From Mobula hypostoma (Eukaryota): a DNA stretch of 64,000 bases. The stretch spans positions 108,688,001 to 108,752,000 of the forward strand of contig NC_086107.1 of NCBI RefSeq assembly GCF_963921235.1. Direction: 5' to 3'. Below the pieces are notes generated by a model. It saw only the letters and a list, made by a program, of their open reading frames with translations. It ran no database searches and was not told the origin of the DNA. Below, in pieces: positions 24,338 to 37,439 of this stretch. The translations under genes were made by a program, and so were the position numbers. How positions within the stretch are numbered: the first letter of the stretch is position 1; every line of letters starts with the position of its first letter.

Positions 24338-27300
24338 AAACATAGAAACATAGAAAATAGGTGCAGGAGTAGGCCATTCGGCCCTTCAAGCCTGCACCGC
24401 CATTTATTATGATCATGGCTGATCATCCAACTCAGAAACCCACCCCAGCCTTCCCTCCATACCACTTGACCCCCGTAGCCACAAGGGCCATATCTAACTC
24501 CCTCTTAAACATAGCCAATGAACTGGCCTCAACAGTTTGCTGTGGCAGAGAATTCCACAGATTCACCACTCTCTGTGTGAAGAAGTTTTTCCTAATCTCG
24601 GTCCTAAAAGGCTTCCCCTCTATCCTCAAACTGTGGCCCCTCGTTCTGGACTTCCCCAACATCGGGAACATATCTTCCTGCATCTAGCTTGTCCAATCCC
24701 TTTAGGATTTTATACGTTTCAATCAGATCCCCCCTCAATCTTCTAAATTCCAACGAGTACAAGCCCAGTTCATCCAGTCTTTCTTCATATGAAAGTCCTG
24801 CCATCCCAGGAATCAATCTGGTGAACCTTCTTTGTACTCCCTCTATGGCAAGGATGTCTTTCCTCAGATTAGGGGACCAAAACTGCACACAATACTCCAG
24901 GTGTGGTCTCACCAAGGCCTTGTACAACTGCAGTAGTACCTCCCTGCTCCTGTACTCGAATCCTCTCGCTATAAATGCCAGCATACCTTTTCTTTTTAAA
25001 TCTTTTTATTGAGTAAGTATACAAAAAAGGTAAGCCATATAAACATTAATACAATGTTAAAGTATAATAAAATTCCAAAAGATAATACCAAAAAGAAAAT
25101 ACTACAATGTAATTTAAGCATAAGAAACCAAGATAACATAATAGTATCCTAGATTTTATATATATCAATGGAAAAAAAGAAAAAAAAAACCCCCAAAAAA
25201 AACCCACCGTGCAACTAACTAAAAGCAAAGCAAAGCAATGGGCTAACTTGAAACCAAACAGAGTTAAACTTAAAATCACGTCCTCAATCCCGACCTCCAT
25301 TAAAACAGTGAAAAAAAAACAAGAAGGGTAAATATTACATTAAATGAAAATATCGAATAAAAGGTCCCCAAATCTGTTCAAATTTAAATGAAGAATCATA
25401 AAGGTTACTTCTAATTTTCTCCAGATTCAAACATAAAATCGTCTGAGAAAACCAAAAAAAGGTAGTTGGAGCACTAAGCTCTTTCCAATGTTGTAAAATA
25501 CATCTTTTCGCCATTAAAGTAAGAAATGCAATCATTCTACGGGCTGAAGGGGAAAGATTACTAGAAATTTTAGGTAGTCCAAAGATAGCAGTAATAGGGT
25601 GAGGAGAGATATCTATATTTAATACCTTAGAAATAATATTGAAAATATCTCTCCAAAAAGTTTCCAAAGTAGGGCAAGACCAAAACATATGAGTTAAAGA
25701 GGCTATCTGCCCCGAACATCTATCACAGAAAGGATTAATATGCGAGTAAAAACGCGCTAACTTATCTTTGGACATATGTGCTCTATGCACCACTTTAAAT
25801 TGAATTAGGGAATGTTTAGCACAAATAGAGGAAGTATTAACTAATTGTAAAATCTGCCCCCAATCATCCACAGAAATGGTAAGCCCCAATTCCTGTTCCC
25901 AATCTACCCTAATCTTATCAAATGGAGCTTTCCTGAGTTTCATAATAATATTATAATTTTATAATAATATTATAAATCATAGCCGAAATCATCCTCCTCA
26001 CAGCTAACACTGCCACCCAGCTTCGTGTCATCCGCAAACTTGGAGATGCTGCATTCAATTCCCTCATCCAAGTCATTAATATATATTGTAAACAACTGGG
26101 GTCCCAGCACTGAGCCTTGCGGTACCCCACTAGTCACCGCCTGCCATTCTGAAAAGGTCCCGTTTATTCCCACTCTTTGCTTCCTGTCTGCTAACCAATT
26201 CTCCACCCACACCAATACCTTACCCCCAATACCGTGTGCTTTAAGTTTGCACACTAACCTCCTGTGTGGGACCTTGTCAAAAGCCTTTTGAAAATCCAAA
26301 TATACCACATCTACTCGTTCTCCCCTATCCACTCTACTAGTTACATCCTCAAAAAATTCTATGAGATTCGTCAGACATGATTTTCCTTTCACAAATCCAT
26401 GCTGACTTTGTCCGATGATTTCACCGCTTTCCAAATGTGCTGTTATCACATCCTTGATAACTGACTCCAGCAGTTTCCCCACCACCGACGTTAGGCTAAC
26501 TGGTCTATAATTCCCCTGTTTCTCTCTCCCTCCTTTTTTAAAAAGTGGGGTTACATTAGCCACCCTCCAATCCTCAGGAACTAGTCCAGAATCTAACAAG
26601 TTTTGAAAAATTATCACTAATGCATCCACTATTTCTTGGGCTACTTCCTTAAGCACTCTAGGATGCAGACCATCTGGCCCTGGGGATTTATCTGCCTTCA
26701 ATCCCTTCAATTTACCTAACATCACTTCCCTACTAACATGTATTTCGCTCAGTTCCTCCATCTCACTGGACCCTCTGTCCCCTACTATTTCTGGAAGATT
26801 ATTTATGTCCTCCTTAGTGAAGACAGAACCAAAGTAATTATTCAATTGGTCTGCCATGTCCTTGCTCCCCATAATCAATTCACCTGTTTCTGTCTGCAGG
26901 GGACCTATACTTGTCTTTACCAGTCTTTTCCTTTTTACATATCTATAAAAGCTTTTACAGTCCGTTTTTATGTTCCCTGCCGGTTTTCTCTCATAATCTT
27001 TTTTCCCCTTCCTAATTAAGCCCTTTGTCCTCCTCTGCTGAACTCTGAATTTGTCCCAGTCCTCAGGTGAGCCACTTTCTCTGGCTAATTTGTATGCTTC
27101 TTCTTTGGAATTGATACTATCCCGAATTTCTCTTGTCAGCCACGGGGGCACTACCTTCCTTGATTTATTCTTTTGCCAAACTGGGATGAACAATTGTTGT
27201 AGTTCATCCATGCAACCTTTAAATGCTTGCCATTGCATATCCACCGTCAATCCTTTAAGTGTCACTTGCCAGTCTATCTTAGCTAATTCATGTCTCATAC

Positions 27301-27467
27301 CTTCAAAGTTACCCCTCTTTAAGTTCAGAACCTTTGTTTCTGAATTAACTATGTCACTCTCCATCTTAATGAAGAATTCCACCATATTATGGTCACTCTT
27401 ACCCAAGGGGCCTCTCATGACAAGATCGCTAATTAACCCTTCCTCATTGCTCAAAACACAGTCCAGA
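24338..27467 (-). mobile_element. Young CR1 LINE, 5'-truncated (endonuclease end plus RT), interrupted by L1
   Basis: 536-aa open ORF with [41 protein letters not shown]; (TATGTTTC)n tail; ATTAG duplicated at both junctions. Confidence 0.95.
24988..25989 (-). mobile_element. L1-clade LINE 3' fragment (ORF2 C-terminal CCHC/zf-RVT region plus 3' UTR)
   Basis: IQFKVVHRAH...CDRC....SLTHMFWSC, T-rich UTR, AATAAAAAGATTTAAAAAGAAAA tail. Confidence 0.9.
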
Positions 27468-28819
27468 ATTAGGGGGGGCTTCTTCACACAGAGAGTGATG
27501 GGAGTGTGGAATGAGCTGCCAAATGATGTGGTAAATGCAGGCTCACTTTTAACATTTAAGGAAAACGTGGACAGATACATGGATGGGAGGTGTATGGAGG
27601 GATATGGTCCAGGTGCAGGTCAGTGGAACTAGGCAGAAAAATGGTTTGGCACAGCCAAGAAGGGCCAAAAGGCCTGTTTCTGTGCTGTAATGTTTCTATA
27701 GTTCTATGACGGTTGGGAGAGACCCCGATTATCTTCTCAACAGTCCACACAATCCTTTGTATGGATTTGTGGTCAAATACTTTGCAATTCCCATACCAGA
27801 TGGTGATGCAGTTGGTCAGGACACTCTCAGAGATGTTCCTGTAAACGTTGGTTAGAATGGCGGGGGGAAACCTCACTTAACTTAAACTCTTCAGTAAGCA
27901 GCAACGCTGCTGTGCTTTTTTGACCAAAGAAGCTGTGTTGAGGGACCAGCTGAGATCACCCTTTATGCGCACCCCCAGAAGCTTGGTGCTGCTACCCCTC
28001 TCCACAGAGGAGCCGTGTATGTGCAGCGAGGAGCGGTCAGCCTGCAACCTCCCTAAAAGTCCACAATCATCCCTCTGGTCTTGTCCACGTTGAGACTCGA
28101 GTTGTTGTGCTCGCGCCAATCTATCAGTCATTCGCTCTCCTCTCTGTACGCCGACTCGCCGTTGCTGATGGGGCCAGCCCCTGTGGCGTCGGCAGCAAAC
28201 CTGACGGTTCTGTTTGAACTGGGTCTGGCAGTGCAGCCATGTGTCAGCAGTGTGAGCAGCAGTGAGCTGAACACAGAGCCCTGAGGGGTGCTGTGCTCAG
28301 CATGATGGAGCGAGAGATCCATCTGCCAACACAGACTGACTGTGTTCTTTCTGTCAGGAAGTCCAAGATCCAGTTACAGAGAGAGGTGGTGAGACCCAAC
28401 GAGGACAACTTATCCGCCAGCTTCTGAGCGATGGTCATATTAAGTGCTGTGCTGGAGAGTTGACAAGCAGCATCCAGGCTTATGAGGCACCATTTTCCAG
28501 GTGGGACAGGATGGAGTGGAGTGCAAAGGCTATGGCCTCTTTTCTCCTCATAAAATGTTGTCTAATCCAGGCAGCCCCCTGGCAAATCTCCCCTGCACTT
28601 TCCCTAAAGCTTTCACATCCTTCCTATGATGAAGCGACCAGAACTGATCACAATACCCCAAGTGTGGTCTAACCAGAGTATGGTCCGGGTGCAGGTTGGT
28701 GGGACTAGGCAGATTAATAGTTTGGCACAGATTGGATGGGCTGCAAGAGCTTGCTTCTGTGTTGTAGTGTTCTATAATTGTATGACTCTATATTCTTATT
28801 ACTACTGTAGGAAAAATGC

Positions 28820-29570
28820 TTCTGACAGGAGAAGGGGCAAAGACAGGTTACTGGCGCCTTGAAACCAGTCGCTTCGAGGAGATGGGGCTCGTGGTTGGCA
28901 GCTAATCTAGGAGAAGGAAAACTCTGATCTCAAACCTCCGCTGCCTTGCGGCTACACCCACCTGTGGGGGAAGCTTTGGGAGCAAACCCCGAGGCAGTAT
29001 CACATAGATTCAATGTTGACTGGCTAATCTGGTACACTGCTGGTACCGAACTGTATTGGCCTCTGTCGTTCCTTTGTGTTCATCAGATGCATGGAGAGGT
29101 GAAGCTTGTTACATGGGCAACAGCGTGCTCTCCATATTGTACTGCCAAGGTTTGCATATCTAGACAGCTAGGACACAACATCCATGGTGCTATATACGGG
29201 GGTGGGTGGTGAAGATATGTCTCTATCAAAGGAGTTGTAAGGTGCTCCTTCCCCCAACTAGCCTGCAGGTCACCCTTGGGCAAGGTGTAGCCCCTGCTTA
29301 GTCCCACCAGTCAGGGTCAAGTGAAGCCATGGGAGCAGGTGGTAGGTGGTCGTATGGGCAGCCGGTGCAGATCACAAGTCCTGGTTATGCCACCACTGAC
29401 GCCAGGCAGACAATCTCTGAAGAGTACTGATAATGCTTGGGTCACCTGTCTTGTAAAGACACTGCCCAGAAGAAGGGTCATGGCAAACTGCTGTAGAAAA
29501 AAATTGACAAGAACAGTCATGGTCACCATGATCACCCAGGTGATCACCACGTATAACGAATGAATGAAAT
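28820..29570 (+). mobile_element. Two adjacent RTE-related non-coding SINE-like elements
   Basis: 28820-29195 is homologous to 45895-47105(-) and 51780-52285(-); 29195-29570 ends AGAAGGGTCATGGCAAAC...(GAAT)n. Confidence 0.55.
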
Positions 29571-30314
29571 ATATAAAGAACATGGAAATTGGCTTAAAAT
29601 CAGAATTCAGAATCTAGACAACCCCTGTAGTGTTGGGTTCCATCTCACATTTCACCTCTGGACCGCATCCTCATATATAAATCTTTCTACCTCCAAGCAT
29701 TCAAGGGTTATGTCAGCATATTGCTTCAGTTAATGCATTAGCAATTCAGAGGCTTGGATTAATGATATTCCAATACTCCAACTGGTGTTTGACCGGAGTT
29801 TTAAAAAGCTGTTACTTACAGGAGGGAACCTGTAAGTTGTCCACAGGCAGCACCTAAGGTCAGGATCGAACCCAGATCCCCAGAGCAACATTAACTGCTG
29901 TCCCATCAGTCAGAGTCTTCTGAGACTGAGAGATCCAAGAGGTTTCAGAACTCAATAGCTGACTCGCTCACATGAACACATCCAATGTATGCAGTTACCA
30001 CATCGTGTAAGAGTTCTGCTCCTGAGAAGCTTCTCTGTCCATCAGAAAATGTCCTCTACCTATAGCCAACCATATCACATCACTTTACCTACACTTACCA
30101 TGATCAGAGTCAGAATCAGGTTTAATATCCCTGGCATATGTCATGAAATTTATCAACTTTGCGGCAGCAGTACATGATAATAGAGAGGAAAAATACCATG
30201 AATTACAGTAAGTAATTTTAGATATGTCTGTGTGTGTGTGTGTGTGTGTATGTATAATAGTTTTTAAAAAAGTAGTGCAAAAACAGAAATTAAAAAAGTA
30301 GTGAGGTAGTGTTA

Positions 30315-30780
30315 CACATCAAAGTTGCTGGTGAACACAGCAGGCCAGGCAGCATCTCTAGGAAGAGGTGCAGTCGACGTTTCAGGCCGAGACCCTTCGT
30401 CAGGACTAACTGAAGGAAGAGCTAGTAAGAGATTTGAAAGTGGGAGGGGGAGCAGGAGATCCAAAATGATAGGAGAAGACAGGAGGGGGAGGGATGGAGC
30501 CAAGAGCTGGACAGGTGATTGGCAAAAGGGATACGAGAGGATCATGGGACAGGAGGCCCAGGGAGAAGGAAAAGGGGGAGGGGGGGGAAAACCCAGAGGA
30601 TGGGCAAGGGGTATAGTGAGAGGGACAGAGGGAGAAAAAGGAGAGAGAGAAAAAGAATGTGTGTTTTTCAATAAATAACGGATGGGGTACGAGGGGGAGG
30701 TGGGGCATTAACGGAAGTTTGAGAAGTCAATGTCCATTTCCATCAGGTTGGAGGCTACCCAGACAGAATATAAGGTGTTG
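30315..30780 (-). mobile_element. Penelope-like element 3' end with intact hammerhead motif (30372-30407)
   Basis: ORF end QHLIFCLGSLQPDGN; AGTC-CTGACGA-AGGgtctcggCCT-GAAA-CG-TC^GACT. Confidence 0.85.
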
Positions 30781-32379
30781 TCATGCCATCAGGATAACAG
30801 TTTCTGATGAGGACTGGTGTGTGTTCCCTCATCTTACCTTTTCTTTATTTCATTAACTAATCACCCATAATTAAATGAATGATATATAGACAGTATCTAG
30901 TTATTAATGAAAACCACGAAATATTTTATTGACCATGAAACATAAATCAATTTATTGAGTAAATGAGTTGGGATGTTATGTTGAAATTGTATAAGACCTA
31001 ATTTGGAGTATTATGTACAGTTCTGGTCACCTACCTAAAGGAAAAGATATCAATAAGATTGAAAGAAAGTAGAGAGCATTTACAGGGGTGTTGCTGGGAT
31101 TTGAGGATCTGAGTTAGAGGGAAAAGGTGGAATAGATTTATTTCCTAGAGCGTAGGAGAATGAGGGGAGAGTTGATAGAGGTATACTAAATTGTGAGGGG
31201 TATAGGTAGGGCAACTGCAAGCTGTTTTTTATCCACTGAGACTAGAGGTCATGAGTTGAGAGTGAAAGGTGAAATATATTTTAGGGCATTATGAGGAGAA
31301 AATTCTTCACTTAGAGGATGGTGGAATGAGTTGCATTTAAGAAAAGTTTGGACAGGTAGGGTTATGGAGGGTTATGGTCCTGGTGCCAAATCGATGGGAC
31401 TGGGAAAATTAATAGTTCAACACAGAACTGGTGGGTCAAAGAGCCTGTTTCTGTGCTGTAGTGTTCCGTGACTCTATTACTCTACTCTTATTACCACTCT
31501 ACTTTGAAAAATGTTATATTATATTATATATATTTGCATAATAGGGATATTTGCATAAAATCAGATTTTCATGTCAAGTCATTCGTCAGCCGGGCAGTCC
31601 CTGTAGTTTTGGGTCCCAACCCACATTTCACCTCTGGACCTCACCCTCATAAATAAATCTCTCTATCGGTGACCTTTGCAACCACTAGCCTCCCCACAAG
31701 CCTTGAAGATTCAAACATTCAAGAGTATGGCAGCATATTGCTTCAGTTAATGCATAAGGCAAATCAGAGGCTTGGACAGATGATCTCAGAAATGGAGCTC
31801 AGCTCCCAAGTTAATTAAATAAAACTGGAATTTTAAAAACCAGAAGCAATAAATAGTGACTTAGAAACAAATGAATTGCTATTAAAAACCCATCAGGTTC
31901 AATAAGATCCATCATGCAGGATATTTGTTGCTGTTCCCTTGGTCTAGTTTGTCTGTGACTCCAGATCTAAGACGATGTCAGTTTCTCTCTGAATTGGCCC
32001 TGTCAGGGAGAGGCAATAATTGCTGACCTGGCCAATCATGTCACAACCTGACAATGAATTATTAATAATGAATAACGGTTGATGTTTCTCAAAGCACATA
32101 CAGAAGAGCTAGATTTAAAAAAAAAACAGAAAATGCTCTGTACACTGCACGGTGGGTTTGACTGGGTACCAGTGGGTGACAGATGCTGGACAGGGAGCAG
32201 ACAGGAAGATTGACCCAGCATGGGAGGTTGTCCAGCATCTCAGTGTTGGCATCAAACTCGGGCAGCACCTTTGGGCCACAGAAGGGTACAGGATGTGGGG
32301 TTCTTGACTTGGCCTTGAAGGTTTGGGTGCAAAACCTGCCACAGTGTGATTGTCTGGGTTCAATCATTTAGAGTTGGAT

Positions 32380-32940
32380 GAGGAATAAATGCTTGGATTG
32401 GGTTTGGATTAGGAGTGAGTGGGTTGGGTTTGGATTGGGTCTGGTTGAATCAGGCTTGGTTTGGTTGTAGGTGGGCTGAGTCTGGATTGTGCGTGTGTTG
32501 GTTGGCATTTGATTGGGTGCAGGGCGGTTGGATTTGGATTCGATGTGGATGGGTCAGGATCGTTTGTATTGGGTTTGGATTAGGTGTGGCTGGGTTGGGT
32601 TTAGATTGGTTGTGGATGGGTTGAGTTCTGGTTGGATGTGATTAATATGAGATTAGATTGGGTGTAGGCCGGATGGATTTGGATTAGATGTAGATGAGAC
32701 AGGAAGGATTAGGTTGGGCTTTGATCGGGTATGGATGGGTTGGGTTTGGACTGGGTGTGGGTCAGTCAGGTTTGGTTTGGGTGTAGGAGGGTTAAGTTTG
32801 GACTGGGTGTGATTTGGTAGGGTTGAGATTCGATTTGGGGTGGTGGTATTTGAGTTTTGATATGGATGTGTCAGAATGGATTGAGTTGGGTTTGGAATAG
32901 GCATGCATGGGTGTAGTTTAGATGAGGTCGTGTTAGATGG
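32380..32940. repeat. Degenerate G/T-rich pentamer-like low-complexity tract (GGGTT/GGATT/GGTTT)
   Basis: Strong strand asymmetry and roughly 5-bp periodicity. Confidence 0.85.
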
Positions 32941-34064
32941 ACTTCAAAGTTCAAAGTAAATTTTATTATCCAAGTACATATATGTCATCATATATAACCA
33001 CTTAGATTCATTTTCCTGCGGGCATACTCTACAAATCTATAGAATAGTAACTATAACAGGATCAATGAAAGATCAGTCAGAATGTAGAAGACAACAGACT
33101 GGGCAAAAGCAAATGTAAATAATTAGCAATAAATAATGAGAACATAAGATAAGATAATGAGTCCTTAAATTGAGATCATTGGTTGTAGAAACACTTCAGT
33201 GATGGGGCATGAGTGTAGTTAAGTGTGATTCTGTCCTTTTAGAAAAAAAAAGTCATAGAAGAGTACAGCACAGAAACAGGCCCTTCAGTCCATCTTATCC
33301 AAGAACCTGATGGCTGAGGGGTAGTAACTGTTCTTGAATTCCTTTGACTCACATTCCCGTTAACTCCTCTGAGATTCTTACACTGGAGTATCATTATGAA
33401 GCCCAAGCCATCAGAAGGAAGAAGGGTCAGGATTAAGCCCAGCTCACTGGAGCTGTGACATAACCACCCAACCAGCCTTGACAAAGGGTCATTCCCTGCT
33501 CCTCACTGGGAAAGAGCCCTCCAGTTCGAAAGCTTCAGCGGAGGAGTTCCCAACCCGGGACCCACAGACCCCTCGGTTACTGGTTGGCACTCATGGCAAT
33601 AGAAAGGTGGGGAATTCCTGCGTTAGTGTATCTGGAAATGGTCTGTGAACCCTGGCGAATTCTAATTACTTTAATTACAAAATCCCCAGCTTCAGAACAA
33701 ACACATACTTTCTCTCAGACTATTAACCACTAACGCATGTGATGAGATGGCACACATGATGATATTATTATAAACACATTCATATAATTTATTTATATAT
33801 TTTCACTCAAACATATCACACTGATTCCTGCCTTTGAAAAGCGTAGTGTAAAGGGGTTTTCATGCATATTCAGTATGTTTAATCTGTTGACTGCCTCCGT
33901 CAGACCCCTTGGGCCTTCTCAGCTGTGTTTGGGTCTCTGATGCTACACTTGCTCCTCAACTTGAAGCATGCGTGACAACCTGACTCAACTCATCACTGAC
34001 ATGACTCTCCACTTCAATGACATTCACTCCCGGACTAAATAGGTCATCACCTATTGCTAAAGCC

Positions 34065-36030
34065 AGAAGGCATAGGAGCGGAATTAGGCCATTTGGCCCA
34101 TCAAGTCTGTTCTGCCATCCCAGCATGACTGATTTATTATCCCTCTCAACCCTATTCTCCTGCCTTCTACCCTTTGACGCCCTGACTAATTAAGAAACTA
34201 TAAACCTCCACTTTAAATTTATCTTGGCCTCCACAGCTATCTGTGGCAAAGAATTCAATAGAGTCAATAGCCCCGGCTAAAGAAATTCATCCTCATCTCT
34301 GCTCTAAACAAACATCTCTCCATTCTGAGACTGTACCCTCTAGTCCTAGACTTCCCCCACTATAGGAAACATCCACTTTATATCCTCTCTATCCAGGCCT
34401 TTCAATATTCGATAGGTTTCAATGAGATCACCCCTCATTCTTCTAAACTCCTGTGAATATAGGCCTAGAGCCATCAAATGCTCCTCACACATTAACCTTT
34501 TCATTCCTGGACTCATTCTTATGAACCTACTCTGGACCATCTCCACTACCAGAATATCAGCTCTTATATAAAGGACCCAAAACTTCTCACTTTTTTTTTT
34601 AAAGTGAGGTCTGACCAGTGCCTTATAAAGCCTCAGCATAACATCCTTGATTTTATATTCCAGTCCTCTCAAAATGAATGCTAACATTACATTTGCCTTC
34701 CTCACCACAGACTCAACCTGCAAGTTAACCCTCAGGGAATTCTGCATGAAGACTCCGAAGTCCATTTACACCTCAGATTTTCTCCCTGTTTAGAAAATAT
34801 TTGAATTTTCTCCCCGTTTAGAAAATAATCTCAGTCTACTCCTTTTTACCAAAGTGCATGACCATACACTTTCCTACAGTAATCCCATCTGAACCTCTGT
34901 GCCTACCCTCACAATCTAAGCCCTTCTGCACTCACTGCTTCCTCAATACTACCTGCCCTTCCACCTATCCTCATCCTCAAACTTGGCCACAAAGCCATCA
35001 ATTCCTTAATCCAAATAATTGACATGAACTAAAGTGAAAAGAAGCAGTCACAACATCAACCTCTGAGGAACACCACTAGTCACCAGCAGCCAACCAGCAA
35101 AGACCCCCTTTATTCCCAATCCATCCTCAAAGAATTCTAACAGATTTGTCAGGCAAGATTTCCCCTTAATGAAACCATGCTGACTTTGGCCTATTTTACC
35201 ATGTGCCTCCAAGTACCCTGGAACCTCATCCTTAATAATGGACTCCAGCATCCTCCCAACCACTGAAGTCAGACTAACCGGTCTATAATTTTCTTTCTTC
35301 TGCCTCCCTTCCTTCTTGAAGAGTCGAGTGATATTTTCAATTTTCCAGTCCTCTGAAACCATTCCAGAATCTATTGATTCTTTTTGAAATATCATTACCA
35401 ATGCCTCTACAATCTCTTCTGCTGCCTCTTTCAGAACCCTGGGGTGTAGTCCATCTGGTCCAGGTGACTTATCTACCTTCTGACCTCTCAGCTTCCCAAG
35501 CACCTTCTCCCTAGCAATAGAAACTACTCTTACTTCTGCCCTAAGACACTCTCAAATTTCTGACATTTTATTAGCGTCTTCCACAATGAAGACTGAAGCA
35601 AAATACTCACACATGAGGAAATCTGCAGATGCTGGAAATTCAAGCAACACACATACAAAATGCTGGTGGAACGCAGCAGGCCAGGCAGCATCTATAGGAA
35701 GAGGTACAGTCGATGTTTCGGGCCGAGACCCTTCGTCAGGACTGAGGAAAGCAAAATACTCATTACATTTGAGTGCCATTTCTTTGTCCCCCGTTACTAT
35801 CTCTCCAGTGTCATTTTCTAATGGTCCAATATCCAGTCTCACCTCTCTTTTACTCTTTACATATCTGCAAAAAAAAAACTTTTTGTATCCTGTTTTATAT
35901 TATTAGCTAGCCTCCCTGCAGATTTCATCTTTTCTCTCCTTATGGCATTTTAGTTTCCTTCTGTTGGTTTTTAAGTGGTTCCCAATCCTCTAACTTCCCA
36001 GTAATTTTTTCTATATTACGTGCCGTCTCT
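34065..36030 (-). mobile_element. Degenerate CR1 LINE (RT and 3' end)
   Basis: [40 protein letters not shown] in broken frames. Confidence 0.9.
35610..35748 (-). mobile_element. 139-bp hammerhead-bearing Penelope-derived unit inserted in CR1
   Basis: 14-bp TSD AAGCAAAATACTCA (35596-35609, 35749-35762); CAGTC-CTGACGA...GAAA-CA-TC-GACTG. Confidence 0.85.
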
Positions 36031-36571
36031 TATTAAAGTCTGAAGATGCTGCAAGATGTCGCCATGCTTCAGGTGCCAGCATAGCACACCCAAAGCTTAT
36101 TAACCCTAACCTGTACATCTTCGGAAAGTGGGAGGCAACCAGAGCACCTGGGGAAAACCATACGGTCACCGGGAGAATGTACAAACTCCTTACAGGCAGT
36201 GACAGAATTGAACCTGAATTGCTGGTGCTGTAATAGTGGAATGTTCACTGCTCCTCCACAATGCCACCCATTTGCTGCCATTCCAGCTCTCCTGACAATG
36301 GTTTACATGTCAACAAAGCTAATTGTGTTCTGCATGCACCCCATTCGAACTCAGTCTTCTCAGAACACTGGAGATGATTACTGCAAGTTCCTACGTCAAC
36401 CCCTGCATAGTCAATGAATATCTCAAACCTGCTGTTGCATTAAGAATTGCAGTCTGCATTTGGGAGTGTACCCAACATAGTCCAGCCATCTTTGTAGGTC
36501 TATTTTAGAAGTTCAAAGTTCAAATTTTTTAAAAATCAAACTACAGAATCAGAATCAGGCTTATTATCACC

Positions 36572-37064
36572 TGGGGAGAGGAGAAGAGAAGATGGCGGCC
36601 TGACACAGCTCGCAGCCGCCACTCCGGTGGTGATGTCTGTTATTTGTCAAGTAGGGTGCCAAGCACAATCCTGATTTGGTGGAGACGGACGTGACAGCAC
36701 GGAGGAACATCTGGTGAAACTTCTGGAAGGCCTGCTTTGCTTCTGCTGCCTCTGTGTGATCCAGAATCTCCGGAGGGGAAGGCCCCGAATCCTCGGCTTT
36801 GCTTGTTGCTTGGCGGCTGGGGTCGAAGCGCTCAGCAGAGATGGTGCTCGGTGACGGTCTGCTCTTTATCAAATTACGGTATTGCTTTGCACTGTTGTAA
36901 CTATATGTTATAATTATGTGGTTTTGTCAGTTTTAGTCTTGGTTTGTCCTGTGTTTCTTGTAGTATCATTCTGGAGGAACATTGTATCATTTTTTAATGC
37001 ATGCATTTCTAAATGACAATAAATGAGGACTGAGTGTCCTCATAATCTAATCTGATCTAATCTA
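36572..37064 (+). mobile_element. Non-autonomous retroposon (AAGATGGCG head), copy 3, internally deleted
   Basis: TSD ATCACC (36566-36571, 37065-37070). Confidence 0.8.
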
Positions 37065-37439
37065 ATCACCGGCATGTATCGTGAAATTTGATAAATTGGC
37101 AGCAGCAGTTCAATGCAATGCATAATACTGAAAAAAAAATAAATAAAATACAGTATATGTACACTGAATAGATTAAAATCGTGCATAAACATAAATAATA
37201 TATATTAAAAAAGTGAGGTAATGTTTATGGGTTCAATATCTATTTAGGAATTGGATGGCAGAGGGGAAGAAGCTGTTCCTGAATTGCTGAGTGTGTGCCT
37301 TCAGGCTTCTGTATCTCCTACCTGATGGTAACAGTGAGAAAAGGGCATGCCCTGGGTGCTGGAGGTCCTTAATAATGGACGCTGCCTTTCTAAGACACCA
37401 CTCCTTGAAGATGTCCTGGGTACTTTATAGGCTAGTAAT

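Larger units (their letters stand above)
24034..27706 (+). mobile_element. CR1 LINE 3' fragment (pieces 24034-24337 and 27468-27706)
   Basis: VQRRFTRTLPGL..LERRRMRGDLIEVYK.. continues as [15 protein letters not shown] after the insert; TSD-like TGATG/TGACG. Confidence 0.85.
23385..28510 (-). mobile_element. Rex1/Babar-type LINE, outermost element of the nest (pieces 23385-24033 and 27707-28510)
   Basis: [58 protein letters not shown] / IRDIYQE..PSHP split by the insertion. Confidence 0.8.
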
